Assembly: GCA_020718225.1 (NCBI GenBank)
Contig: DYSO01000005.1
Location: forward strand, 1-54,102
Source of the DNA: Draconibacterium orientale
GTDB taxonomy: Bacteria; Bacteroidota; Bacteroidia; Bacteroidales; FEN-979
Length of the DNA stretch: 54,102 nt
Reading direction: 5' to 3'
How positions within the stretch are numbered: the stretch's first letter is position 1; each line of letters starts with the position of its first letter. The notes beneath the pieces were generated by a model. The model was not told the origin of the DNA and made no database searches. It saw only the letters and a program-made list of their open reading frames with translations. Positions 30,156 through 39,587 of this stretch are shown piece by piece. The translations under genes were made by a program, and so were the position numbers.

Positions 30156-32488
30156 CAGTGAATGAGCAGGATTTTGGTGACGATTCTTTCTGAACCTGTA
30201 TCGTTGGATGCATATACCAGGTAAACCCCTGTATGCGCTTTACGGCCATCGAAATTTTTACCATCCCAAATGGCTTGTCCGCCTTCTGCACGGGTAGAAT
30301 ATACCAGCGCCCCGTTAACATCGGTAATCCTGACCTGTGCATTGCTGACCAGCCCCTTGATGGCAATGAATCCTTCGAAATCAGATTTTACAGGGTTTGG
30401 AAATGCATACACGTTTTCATTGGTATCGCCTCCAGGTGTTGCGGGCCCGCGAAAGGATATGACCCCTTTATCCGTCCCGAAAAAAACATCGCCATCTTTA
30501 TTGAGCGCTATACAGATAATGCGGTCAGAAAGCAATGGGCTGTCATCAGCGGTAAAATGATATTTTTGTTTGGCGCCATCTTCCGAAAAACAATAAACGC
30601 CTCCCCGGTCTGTTCCGATCCATTTTTGGTTTGCACCATCAACAGCGATGGCTGTTACCGTTTCATTTTCCAACAGATATTGAACATAGCCGCCTTGCTG
30701 GATGAGGATTCGCTGACAATCGAAATGCTGGCCGTTAAAAATATTTTCAGGAGAATAAAAAACGGCAACCCCTTTTTCTGTACCAATCCAAACCTCTCCG
30801 TTTTGGTCTTCGGCCATGGCATTGACGTTATTTCCCGGAATGCCCCCGTTCCCGGTTGCTGAGTTTAAAAGTTTTGCCTGATCATCGGCCGGGTTCTGTG
30901 GGGTGCCGTTATCTGTAAAAACCAAAAGCGAATTTGGGTTCATGTTTCCATATCGCATCTGAATCCATTTTTGGCCAAGCCGGGTAGCCATAATCTGCCC
31001 CAGGTCGTTTTCATTGGCAATGGGAATGGTAAAACCGGTCCAAACCTCCCCCTTTTTCATGGAAAGACAACTGTTATTGTGTGAGGTCACCACCCAAAGG
31101 TTACCCTCAGAGTCAAAAGTTAGTCCCCCAACCCGGATATCGGAAGTGTCGGAAGCTGTATGATGCCGCAGTGTACTGTTTGATTCGGTATATCGCCTGA
31201 TAACGGAATCGTTATACATTTCAAGAACCCCGCGGCCAAAGGACCCGGCGTATATGCGGTTATTATCGGAAGGGTCAACGGCAACAGAAACAATATCGTG
31301 GGTCAGCCCCATTATCGGACTGGTGTTTCCGGTAATGTTTTTCCAGTTTGTATTATCAAAATGATATACCTGTGCCTGATAATAGAGAGGGACATAGGAA
31401 GCATCATGCCCGCCGGGGGCAATGACCAGATTATTTCCCTGGGCCGACATGCTAAAAGCCAAAGCGCTTAATGGGCCGCTCAGGGTAATGTGGTGGATCA
31501 CTCCGGTTGCAGCATCGTAATTGATCAATCCGGAATAGGTGTCAGAAATCCAGATATTACCCGAAACATCTGCAAATCCGTTGGTCGGATAGGGGCTCCC
31601 CGGTTCATAATTCCAAATGGTCGTGATTAATTCCAGGTCTGGGTTGAACTCGCAGGCAAAATAAGCGTAGGATACAACAAGAAATTTCTCATTGGCCTGA
31701 AGGTGCATCACTGGACTGTATAATTCCCGTTCCCATCGGTCCCATAAGCCGTTTGAAAAAACGTACAGGGTATCGGAGGTGGATGCCCCCTGTTTTTTAT
31801 TGACAATGATCTTCCCGTTAAAATTTACGATGGTGTTGTACTGGGCGCTGGTATCAATGGCTGTATCCTTGTGCCATGAGGCAAAATTAGCCAGGTTCGG
31901 ATCTTTGGACCATGCTTTGTAAATCCCTTTTTCGGTCGCTGCAAAAAGCGAGTCATCGTTATCAGTGGTCAGCGCCAGCACATTAACCTGACTTCCCTGG
32001 CTCCCGATGTAATAGGTGTCGCGGATTTCCTCTTTGCTGATATCAAGGGCCACAATTCCGAACCCACACGATAAATAAGCCACCTTTCCGATAAAATAGA
32101 TGTCGTTGATGGTTTTATTTCCCAAAATGGGTTTTCGTTTAATATCGGAAATATTGATGATGGTATTATCTTTTATCAGATCGATATTTGCATTGGAATA
32201 GGCAATGACAAGTGTATTATACGCTTTGTTATAATTGATGCAACTGATCCCGATGTCGGAAAGACCGGTAATCTTTGTGATCCTGACTACGCTGTAATCC
32301 TCTTTATTGACATAGAAAACAGCATATGGAGTGGAGGCATAGACTTTATCGCCGGCATCGGTCACTGAATTACAGAGGGTGTAGGGGAGTTCGTCCCGCC
32401 ATTGACCAACAGGGACCTGCTGGGCAAAAAGGCAGGCTGGTGCAGGAAGCATCAGGATAAAGGTTAGAAAGTAACGAAACAGTTTCAT
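30155..32488 (-). CDS. porZ: PorZ-like T9SS beta-propeller protein
   Basis: GQWRDELP, GLSD, IAYSNANID, propeller repeats WIGT, CTD VYAFPNPV...WDG...TGVYLV. Start MKLFRYF at 32488. Confidence 0.85.
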   Translation of the reverse strand: MKLFRYFLTFILMLPAPACLFAQQVPVGQWRDELPYTLCNSVTDAGDKVYASTPYAVFYVNKEDYSVVRITKITGLSDIGISCINYNKAYNTLVIAYSNANIDLIKDNTIINISDIKRKPILGNKTINDIYFIGKVAYLSCGFGIVALDISKEEIRDTYYIGSQGSQVNVLALTTDNDDSLFAATEKGIYKAWSKDPNLANFASWHKDTAIDTSAQYNTIVNFNGKIIVNKKQGASTSDTLYVFSNGLWDRWERELYSPVMHLQANEKFLVVSYAYFACEFNPDLELITTIWNYEPGSPYPTNGFADVSGNIWISDTYSGLINYDAATGVIHHITLSGPLSALAFSMSAQGNNLVIAPGGHDASYVPLYYQAQVYHFDNTNWKNITGNTSPIMGLTHDIVSVAVDPSDNNRIYAGSFGRGVLEMYNDSVIRRYTESNSTLRHHTASDTSDIRVGGLTFDSEGNLWVVTSHNNSCLSMKKGEVWTGFTIPIANENDLGQIMATRLGQKWIQMRYGNMNPNSLLVFTDNGTPQNPADDQAKLLNSATGNGGIPGNNVNAMAEDQNGEVWIGTEKGVAVFYSPENIFNGQHFDCQRILIQQGGYVQYLLENETVTAIAVDGANQKWIGTDRGGVYCFSEDGAKQKYHFTADDSPLLSDRIICIALNKDGDVFFGTDKGVISFRGPATPGGDTNENVYAFPNPVKSDFEGFIAIKGLVSNAQVRITDVNGALVYSTRAEGGQAIWDGKNFDGRKAHTGVYLVYASNDTGSERIVTKILLIH

Positions 32489-32561
32489 GATTAATGAATT
32501 ACAGAGGGGAATTAAAGGAAGGTATAACTTATTTTTTCTTGATTTATTGTGTAAAACAAGA

Positions 32562-33842
32562 TCATACAATCATACCTGCGGCAACCGTTTCGTTTGTGCT
32601 TTCATCAATGAGGATAATGCTTCCGGTAATCCTGTTTTGGGAGTAGGGATCAAAGAACAAAGGTTGGGTGGTACGAAGCCGGATCCGTGCAATATCGTTC
32701 ATGTTCACGGTAATATTTGTTGTTATTTGTTCCAGAGAACTGATATTCAGCACATAATCAACATTTTCGATGATACACCTGACGTCGCGGGTCGTATGTT
32801 TTAACGTGTACCTGCCTTTCACCTGAAGTGGTTTTGGGTTCATCCAGCAAATCATGGTCTCAAGGTCATTGCTTTCTGAAGGTATGTCGGATGGGCTGAC
32901 AATCATATCGCCACGGCTGATATCCACATCGTCACTCAGTGTCAGTGTTACCGACATGGGGGCCCAGGTTTCTGCAAGGGGGCCATCAAAAGTGTCGATG
33001 GTTGCAATGTGACTGGTGATCCGGGAGGGCAGGATAAGAATTTCATCACCGGGATGAAAAAACCCGCCTGCAACCCTGCCGGCATATCCCCGGTAGTCAT
33101 GAAATTCGTCCGATTCCGGGCGGATCACATATTGGACCGGAAAACGAGGATGCTGCAGATCGTGGTCCTGGTCGATAGGGATTGTTTCAAGGATGTGTAA
33201 CAAGGTGCCCGAATGGTTCCATGCCATGTTTTCTGAAGGTTTCACAACATTATCGCCATGAAGTGCACTGATTGGAATAAAACGAATGTCTTTATCGGGA
33301 AAAATACGATTGGCGAATGCCCTGAAATCACCCGATATGCGGTCGAACACATCCTGGCGGTAATCCATGAGGTCCATTTTATTGATACATACGATAATAT
33401 GGGGAATTCCAAGCAGGGAAGCAATAAAGGCGTGACGGTGTGTTTGTTCAATCACCCCGTTTCGTGCATCAATAAGTAAAATGGCGGCATTGGCGGTGGA
33501 TGCACCGGTGACCATATTGCGGGTATATTGGATATGGCCCGGGGTATCGGCGATTATAAATTTGCGGTTGGGGGTTGCAAAATAGCGGTAGGCCACATCG
33601 ATGGTAATTCCTTGTTCCCGCTCCGCGCGAAGCCCGTCAGTAAACAGCGCCAGGTTAAGATGCCCGCTGCCTTTTTGGATGCTGGCCCTTTTTACGGCAT
33701 CGAGCTGGTCTTCGAAGATCGATTTACTGTCGTACAAGAGCCGGCCAATCAGGGTACTTTTACCGTCGTCAACACTTCCTGCGGTGGTGAACCGCAACAG
33801 TTCCATGTTCAGGTAGGCCTTGTTTGAAAATTTTTGTTCCAT
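32562..33842 (-). CDS. cysN: Sulfate adenylyltransferase subunit 1 (no fused APS kinase)
   Basis: RFTTAGSVDDGKSTLIGRL, EREQGITIDVAYRYF, DTPGH, NKMD, TVAAGMI. Confidence 0.96.
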   Translation of the reverse strand: MEQKFSNKAYLNMELLRFTTAGSVDDGKSTLIGRLLYDSKSIFEDQLDAVKRASIQKGSGHLNLALFTDGLRAEREQGITIDVAYRYFATPNRKFIIADTPGHIQYTRNMVTGASTANAAILLIDARNGVIEQTHRHAFIASLLGIPHIIVCINKMDLMDYRQDVFDRISGDFRAFANRIFPDKDIRFIPISALHGDNVVKPSENMAWNHSGTLLHILETIPIDQDHDLQHPRFPVQYVIRPESDEFHDYRGYAGRVAGGFFHPGDEILILPSRITSHIATIDTFDGPLAETWAPMSVTLTLSDDVDISRGDMIVSPSDIPSESNDLETMICWMNPKPLQVKGRYTLKHTTRDVRCIIENVDYVLNISSLEQITTNITVNMNDIARIRLRTTQPLFFDPYSQNRITGSIILIDESTNETVAAGMIV

Positions 33843-34747
33843 TAAAAATAGCCCTCTTTTTTCCGGTCTTCCATGGCTGCATCCGATCTTTTATCATCAT
33901 AGCGTCCCCCCCGTTCTGTAACCCGGGTGGCAGCTATTTCCTGGATAATGTCTTCGACGGTGTCGGCAGTGGAAAGGGTAAGCCCGGTACAACTGATGTC
34001 GCCAACAGTCCGGCACCGGACCCTCCGGTGTTCTGTTTTTTCAGCAGGTTTCATCTGCATGAAGGGAGCGGCTGCAAGCCAAACGCCATCCCGGTAAAAA
34101 ACATCCCGTTCGTGGGTAAAATAAATATCGGGCAAATCAATATGATCGGCAAGAATATATTGCCATACATCCATTTCTGTCCAATTGCTGATAGGAAAAA
34201 CCCGGAAATGTTCCCCCATTCGTTTTTTTCCGTTAAAGAGCCCCCATAATTCCGGCCGTTGGTTTTTTGGGTCCCATTGACCGAATTCATCGCGGTGAGA
34301 GAAAAACCGTTCTTTGGCCCTGGCTTTTTCTTCATCACGACGGGCCCCGCCAATGGCGGCATCAAACTTGTTTTTTTCAAGCGTATCAAGCAACGTAACG
34401 GTTTGCAACACATTCCGGCTGGCATTGATGCCTTTTTCTTCGATAACCCTTCCGGTATCTATCGATTCCTGTACTGAACCAACAAGGAGCCTGACATTTA
34501 ACCGGGCAACAAGCCGGTCGCGGAATTCAAGGGCTTCTGTAAAATTATGGCCGGTGTCAATATGCAGCAACTGGAATGGAATACGGGCCGGATAAAAAGC
34601 TTTCCGGGATAAATGTACCAAGACAATGGAATCTTTCCCTCCCGAAAAAAGAAGGACAGGGCGTTCAAACTGGGCAGCGACTTCCCGGATTACATGAATG
34701 GCTTCCGCTTCAAGTTCCTTCAGATGGGTTAACTGATAAAGGCTCAT
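33842..34747 (-). CDS. cysD: Sulfate adenylyltransferase subunit 2
   Basis: LEAEAIH, FSGGKDS, GGARRDEEKARAKER, WDPKNQRPELW, MEDRKKEGYF. Real start MSLYQ at 34747. Confidence 0.96.
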   Translation of the reverse strand: MSLYQLTHLKELEAEAIHVIREVAAQFERPVLLFSGGKDSIVLVHLSRKAFYPARIPFQLLHIDTGHNFTEALEFRDRLVARLNVRLLVGSVQESIDTGRVIEEKGINASRNVLQTVTLLDTLEKNKFDAAIGGARRDEEKARAKERFFSHRDEFGQWDPKNQRPELWGLFNGKKRMGEHFRVFPISNWTEMDVWQYILADHIDLPDIYFTHERDVFYRDGVWLAAAPFMQMKPAEKTEHRRVRCRTVGDISCTGLTLSTADTVEDIIQEIAATRVTERGGRYDDKRSDAAMEDRKKEGYF

Positions 34748-34760
34748 CGGATCAACCCTG

Positions 34761-37244
34761 CTATGATTTGCCAAATATCCGTTGTAGTAACGTTTTTTTA
34801 CGGCCGGTCTCTTTGTCGTCAGAATAATATCCGTAACCATATCCGTAACCATACCCGTAACCATACCCGTAACTATATCCATAACCATATCCGTATCCAT
34901 AACCATACCCGTATCCATACGAGCTTCGGGAGAGTTTCACGTCATTGATCAGGATGGCGAGGTTCGGGATATTGCGGTGTTCCAAGTCGTGGATGATAGA
35001 ACCAAAAATCTTTTTATGGGTATAACCCTGGCGCACGAGGAACAGGTTGGCGTCGACATGTTTCACCAATAAAAAGGCATCGGTCACAAGCCCGATCGGT
35101 GGGGTGTCGATAATGATAAAGTCATATATCTCTTTGAGGTGTGAAAACAACTCCGTGCATTTGTCGGAGGCAATTAATTCAGCAGGATTGGGAGGTACCG
35201 GTCCGGCCATAATGATGTCAAGGTTGTCGATGCCCGAAGCCTGGATGATATCCTCCAGCTTGCTCTTGTTGATCAGATAAGAGCTGATCCCCTCTGTATT
35301 GGTAAGGCCAAAGTCCTGGTAAATTTTGGGTTTTCGCAAATCAAAGCCCATCAGAAGGGTTTTTTTACCGTATAGGGCAAAGATGGAGGCAAGGTTAATG
35401 GAAATAAAGGTTTTCCCGACAGCAACCATATCGGAAGTAACCATGATGGTTTGTTTTTCTTTTCCCTTCAGTAGGTAGTTGATGTTGGTCCTGACTGAGC
35501 GGAACGATTCTGCAATGGTCGATTTGGGTGAATCAATCACGACGATTTTTCCCGGCTTGTCACTATGTATTACATGTCCGATGATGGGAAGTTTGGTTAT
35601 CTTTTCTATATATTCCCGTTCCATGACCATATCGTTAAAGTAGTCCTTGCCGAGGATATATACAATGGGAAGAATAATGCCAAGGATCAGGGCTATAATA
35701 TAATTAAGGCTCTTTTTTGGGAAAACGGGCGATGACCCTTCACTTTTGGCTTCGTCTAAAACTTCGTTATCGGAAAGGTTGGCTGCCTGGGTGATCTGTG
35801 CTTCGGAACGTTTCTGTAGCAGATAGGTATAAATGGCGTCGGTAAGTTTGAATTTTCGCTCGATCCCGAATAAAACCCGTTGTGTTTCTGGGAGGTTGCC
35901 GATGCGGGCATTGATGCCGGCAACCCGGTTGTTGATCTCTGTTACCGCAATTTCATTGGAGTTGATGGCGCTTTTTACATTTTCATAAAGGGCATTTTTG
36001 GTTGTTGCAATCTGAAGGTCAATGGCGCGGAGGCTTGGGTTTTTTTCCCTCGAATATTGCGACGCTTCGGTCCGCTTCATATAGAGGGTTGTCAACTGCA
36101 TGGTAAGGTCGTTCAAAATGGTATTGTCGATACCCATCGAAGCAGGAACGATCAGCTCGTCCAGCTTCTGGTTTTTTTCAATGTAATCCTTCATGTTCAG
36201 GAGGTACTTTGATTTGACCATCAAAATGGCTTTTTCATCCTGAAGTTCCATCATTTTTTCAAAAACCTGTTTTGCTTCGTCGTCAAGGTTCATGATCTCT
36301 TTGTTGGTACGGAATAACATCAGTGCTTTTTCCGATGAGTTCAAAGAATCGGTGATCCCCTGAAGTTCGGTATCAATAAAAGATATGGTACGCAAAGCCA
36401 CAATGTTTTTTCGTTCCAGCCCTTTGGCAAGGTACTCTTTGGTGAGTGTATTGAGAAAGGTACTGATTTTATCGGGGTTGCCGCCTTTGAGCTTGATTTC
36501 AACAATGGAAGCTTCCCTGTTTATGGGTTCGATGCTGAACGATTTGAATTCAGTGACTAACTTATCATAACTGTTGAAAGAAAAAGAAAAAGAACGGTTC
36601 AGGTCAACCTCGGGGTCGAACTTGTCGGTGCGGATCAGTTTGAATTTAAAATATTTATTCTGAACGAGTTGACCTACGGAAAAAGTTTCATCAAAAGAAA
36701 TGTTCACTTTTTCACCCTCTATGTTTTGGCGAAGGGAAAAATTGAAAAAGGCCGCCTCCTGGTTTTTTGCCTCCAGCCGGTATTTGTCGTCTGAAAGAAA
36801 AGTGACATTGAACTTTGTGTTCACGGTCTGGGGAAAGGTTGAATCCATGATAATCCGGAAAGGCACCTCCTTGAAAAGCTCTCTGGTAACAAAATTGTCT
36901 TCACTGAAATAGGCCACTTCGAACCCGGTTTTGGTTATAGTGCGATAGCTCAGTGAATAGGACGAAAGGACCCCGATTTCGTTTTGGAGGTTTTGCATGT
37001 TGTTGAACAGCCCCATGCCCAAAAGGTCCTGGGGGTTCAACTTGTTTTCCGATTTATCCGTAATCAGAACGGTGGTTTTAACTTCATAAACCGATGGGGT
37101 ATATTTGTTAAAAATAAATGCGATGATGAGCGCTATGAAAATGGTAACAGCAAAAAGGTACCAATAACGGTAAAATTTAAAGAGCAGCGCTTTGTAGTCA
37201 ACAGATTGCTCTTGCTGGGCAAAATCTTGGATGTTTTCGTTCAC
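34761..37244 (-). CDS. wzc: Polysaccharide co-polymerase / BY tyrosine kinase (Wzc-like)
   Basis: Two TM segments flanking a coiled-coil domain, AESFRSVRTN, GKT, DLRKP, IIDTPP, C-terminal Tyr cluster; GTG start. Confidence 0.93.
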   Translation of the reverse strand: MNENIQDFAQQEQSVDYKALLFKFYRYWYLFAVTIFIALIIAFIFNKYTPSVYEVKTTVLITDKSENKLNPQDLLGMGLFNNMQNLQNEIGVLSSYSLSYRTITKTGFEVAYFSEDNFVTRELFKEVPFRIIMDSTFPQTVNTKFNVTFLSDDKYRLEAKNQEAAFFNFSLRQNIEGEKVNISFDETFSVGQLVQNKYFKFKLIRTDKFDPEVDLNRSFSFSFNSYDKLVTEFKSFSIEPINREASIVEIKLKGGNPDKISTFLNTLTKEYLAKGLERKNIVALRTISFIDTELQGITDSLNSSEKALMLFRTNKEIMNLDDEAKQVFEKMMELQDEKAILMVKSKYLLNMKDYIEKNQKLDELIVPASMGIDNTILNDLTMQLTTLYMKRTEASQYSREKNPSLRAIDLQIATTKNALYENVKSAINSNEIAVTEINNRVAGINARIGNLPETQRVLFGIERKFKLTDAIYTYLLQKRSEAQITQAANLSDNEVLDEAKSEGSSPVFPKKSLNYIIALILGIILPIVYILGKDYFNDMVMEREYIEKITKLPIIGHVIHSDKPGKIVVIDSPKSTIAESFRSVRTNINYLLKGKEKQTIMVTSDMVAVGKTFISINLASIFALYGKKTLLMGFDLRKPKIYQDFGLTNTEGISSYLINKSKLEDIIQASGIDNLDIIMAGPVPPNPAELIASDKCTELFSHLKEIYDFIIIDTPPIGLVTDAFLLVKHVDANLFLVRQGYTHKKIFGSIIHDLEHRNIPNLAILINDVKLSRSSYGYGYGYGYGYGYGYSYGYGYGYGYGYGYGYYSDDKETGRKKTLLQRIFGKS
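34824..34919 (-). repeat. (Tyr-Gly)n coding tandem repeat in the wzc tail
   Basis: 32 codons with 17 Tyr; 6/12-bp periodic DNA (CCGTAACCATAY-like x4 at 34831-34878). Confidence 0.95.
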
Positions 37245-37251
37245 AGGTCAA

Positions 37252-38049
37252 TTATTTTGAGAAATAATTTATCAACAATAGGGTGGTTGAAACCGATGCA
37301 AGCACAATGGCCCAGGGGAAGGTAGTGCCAAGTCCCCAACGTTTGTAGCCTAAGGGCATGACATAAATGATATCGCTGGGCTGTAGGTAATAGAAATCGG
37401 AATTAAGGATATCGTCGCTGGTCAGGTCTAAGTATTGCACCCGGGAACCCCCTTTGGTTTGCCGGATCAGCGCTACTTTACTTCGGTTTGCAAATTCGGT
37501 CATGTCGCCGGCCATGGAAAGTGCTTCAAAAATATTGATATCGTCCTTGTAAATTGTGAAAATTCCGGGGCGACTGACTTCCCCGACAAGGGTTATACGA
37601 AAGTTCACGACTTTAACAACCACATTGGTCTCTTTCAGGTATTCGTTGATCAGTTGCTGGATCATGGATTTGATCTGGTCGACATTGAGGTCCCTGACAT
37701 AAACTTTACCGACAATGGGGAAATCGATATACCCTTCCGGTGTGACGCTATAGCTGTTCAGGTAGATGGACGCATCGTTGGCGTAATCATTGTAAGAGCT
37801 GGTGCCCGATTGTTTGTTAAAAAAGATAAAGGCTTTTTCATCCAGGCTGAAAACACGGATATAGAGGTTGTCTTTGGGTTGAACCTTATATTCCACATCT
37901 CGTTTGTTGGAAAAAAACGAGGTGGTATCCTTGGCTTGTTCTTTTTGAAGGTATTTAATTTTTTTCTGTGGAACGCAGGAAGTCGCGAGCATAGCAACCA
38001 ATAATACAAAACTCAGATATTTCAGGAGTAATGATAGGCGATGTTTCAT
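37252..38049 (-). CDS. wza: Polysaccharide export lipoprotein (Wza-like)
   Basis: Lipobox ATSC, YKVQPKDNL, GYIDFPIVG, GEVSRPG, EALSMAGD, YYLQPSDIIYV. Start 38049 or 38055. Confidence 0.92.
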   Translation of the reverse strand: MKHRLSLLLKYLSFVLLVAMLATSCVPQKKIKYLQKEQAKDTTSFFSNKRDVEYKVQPKDNLYIRVFSLDEKAFIFFNKQSGTSSYNDYANDASIYLNSYSVTPEGYIDFPIVGKVYVRDLNVDQIKSMIQQLINEYLKETNVVVKVVNFRITLVGEVSRPGIFTIYKDDINIFEALSMAGDMTEFANRSKVALIRQTKGGSRVQYLDLTSDDILNSDFYYLQPSDIIYVMPLGYKRWGLGTTFPWAIVLASVSTTLLLINYFSK

Positions 38050-38072
38050 AAACATAGAGTATAAAAACACGG

Positions 38073-38080
38073 CAAATGTA
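38073..38080 (-). promoter_or_regulatory. Putative -7 promoter element for the wza-wzc-cysDN block
   Basis: The reverse complement TACATTTG matches TAnnTTTG, ~20 bp upstream of wza. Confidence 0.55.
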
Positions 38081-38132
38081 CACATTTTTTTTAAACTGAA
38101 AACGGGGTGGGGCATCTCATCCTAAAACAGAC

Positions 38133-39467
38133 CTAAGCTGTTGCGATTTCACCCAGAAGGGTGGCAGAGGTGAAATTAACAACGCGTGCATTGATATAAT
38201 TTCCGGGGCCCGCTTCTGTTTTAGGAAAAACAATAACCTTATTCTGTGAGTTTCGTCCGAAATGGTGCCATTTCGATCGTTTCGATTCTCCTTCGATGAG
38301 GGTGGTAAAAATTTTACCCAGGTCACGTTTGTTGCTTTCAAAAGACAGTTTCTGCTGCAGGTCAATGATTTCATTTAACCTTCTTTTCTTAACTGGTTCG
38401 GCGATGTTGTCTTTCATGGTTTCTGCAGCCTGTGTCCGGGGACGTTCAGAATATTTGAACATATAAGCAAAATCGTATTTTGCCCATTCCATCAGCGACA
38501 GGGTTTGTTGGTGGTCTTCTTCTGTTTCATCACAGAACCCGGTAATGATGTCGGTCGAAACAGAACAACCGGGGATGATATCCCTGATCGCCCTGATCCG
38601 GTCCATGTATTGTTCCCGGGTATAATTCCGGTTCATTAATTTCAGGATGTGGTTGCTTCCCGACTGGGCCGGCAGGTGGATGGATTTGCAGATGTTGTCA
38701 TGTTTTGCAATAACATGTAGCAAGGCATCCGGGATGTCTTTGGGGTGTGAAGTGGCGAACCGGATACGCATTAACGGGTCAACGCCGGCAACTTGTTCCA
38801 GAAGGTTTGCAAAATCAACCTTCCCTCCGGGCGACATCCATTGATAGGAGTTGACATTCTGGCCGAGCAAGGTAACTTCGCGGTATCCCTGGTTGAACAG
38901 ATCGTGGGTCTCTGCAACAATCGACCCGGCATCCCGGCTTCGTTCCCGGCCGCGGGTGAAGGGGACCACGCAATAGGAACAATAATTTTCGCACCCCCGC
39001 ATAATCGAAATAAATGCAGTGACGCCATTCAGATCCAGACGAACCGGTGTTATGTCGGCATAGGTTTCATCGGCCGACAGGATCGTATGGATGGCCTTTT
39101 GACCGGAAATTGCCTGTTCGATCAGAAAGGGGAGGTCGCGGTAAGAATCCGGTCCTGCAACCAGGTCGAGCAGTTGTTCGTCATTTCCAAGGGCGGTTTT
39201 GGTGCGGTCGGCCATACAACCCAGCAAACCAATCATCAGTGCGGGGTTCCGTTTCTTTAATGATTTAAAATACTGCAATCGTTTCCGGACCCGTTCCTCA
39301 GCATTTTCACGGATTGAACAGGTGTTGATAAAAACAATATCTGCCTGGCCGGGGTCGGTGGTTTGATCATATCCTTGACGGGTAAGTACAGATGTAATGA
39401 TTTCACTGTCAGAAAAATTCATCTGACAGCCATAGGTTTCAAGAAAAAATTTTTTTGATTTTTTCAT
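38133..39467 (-). CDS. miaB: tRNA ms2i6A37 methylthiotransferase
   Basis: ETYGCQMN, NTCSIRE, radical-SAM CENYCSYC, LLGQNVNSY, TRAM domain. Confidence 0.96.
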   Translation of the reverse strand: MKKSKKFFLETYGCQMNFSDSEIITSVLTRQGYDQTTDPGQADIVFINTCSIRENAEERVRKRLQYFKSLKKRNPALMIGLLGCMADRTKTALGNDEQLLDLVAGPDSYRDLPFLIEQAISGQKAIHTILSADETYADITPVRLDLNGVTAFISIMRGCENYCSYCVVPFTRGRERSRDAGSIVAETHDLFNQGYREVTLLGQNVNSYQWMSPGGKVDFANLLEQVAGVDPLMRIRFATSHPKDIPDALLHVIAKHDNICKSIHLPAQSGSNHILKLMNRNYTREQYMDRIRAIRDIIPGCSVSTDIITGFCDETEEDHQQTLSLMEWAKYDFAYMFKYSERPRTQAAETMKDNIAEPVKKRRLNEIIDLQQKLSFESNKRDLGKIFTTLIEGESKRSKWHHFGRNSQNKVIVFPKTEAGPGNYINARVVNFTSATLLGEIATA

Positions 39468-39519
39468 CTTTGTGTATTACCCGGGGCCATGAAAACCGAT
39501 AAAGCATAAAAAATCGGGG

Positions 39520-39554
39520 CAAAGGTAGTGATTAAGTTAATTGTCTTACTTTTG
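39520..39554. promoter_or_regulatory. Divergent -7 promoter elements for miaB (-) and topA (+)
   Basis: TACCTTTG on the minus strand (39520-39527) and TACTTTTG on the plus strand (39547-39554). Confidence 0.55.
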
Positions 39555-39587
39555 TGCCGGATTTCGAAAAATTAATACGGTATCCAG

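Noticed and set aside
32489-32569. Long N-terminal extensions in the ORF track (porZ 32569; likewise pbpC 7127, tolC 23118, wza 38115, flippase 43575, ackA 49552, pit 52312)
   Set aside because: Signal peptides, family N-termini and promoter positions point to downstream ATGs
34748-34918. Repetitive N-terminal extension of the cysD ORF (MDTGMVMDTDMVM...) and the NHIR/NHTR ORF at 34763-34948
   Set aside because: These are off-frame and antisense readings of the wzc (YG)n repeat; CysD homology starts at 34747
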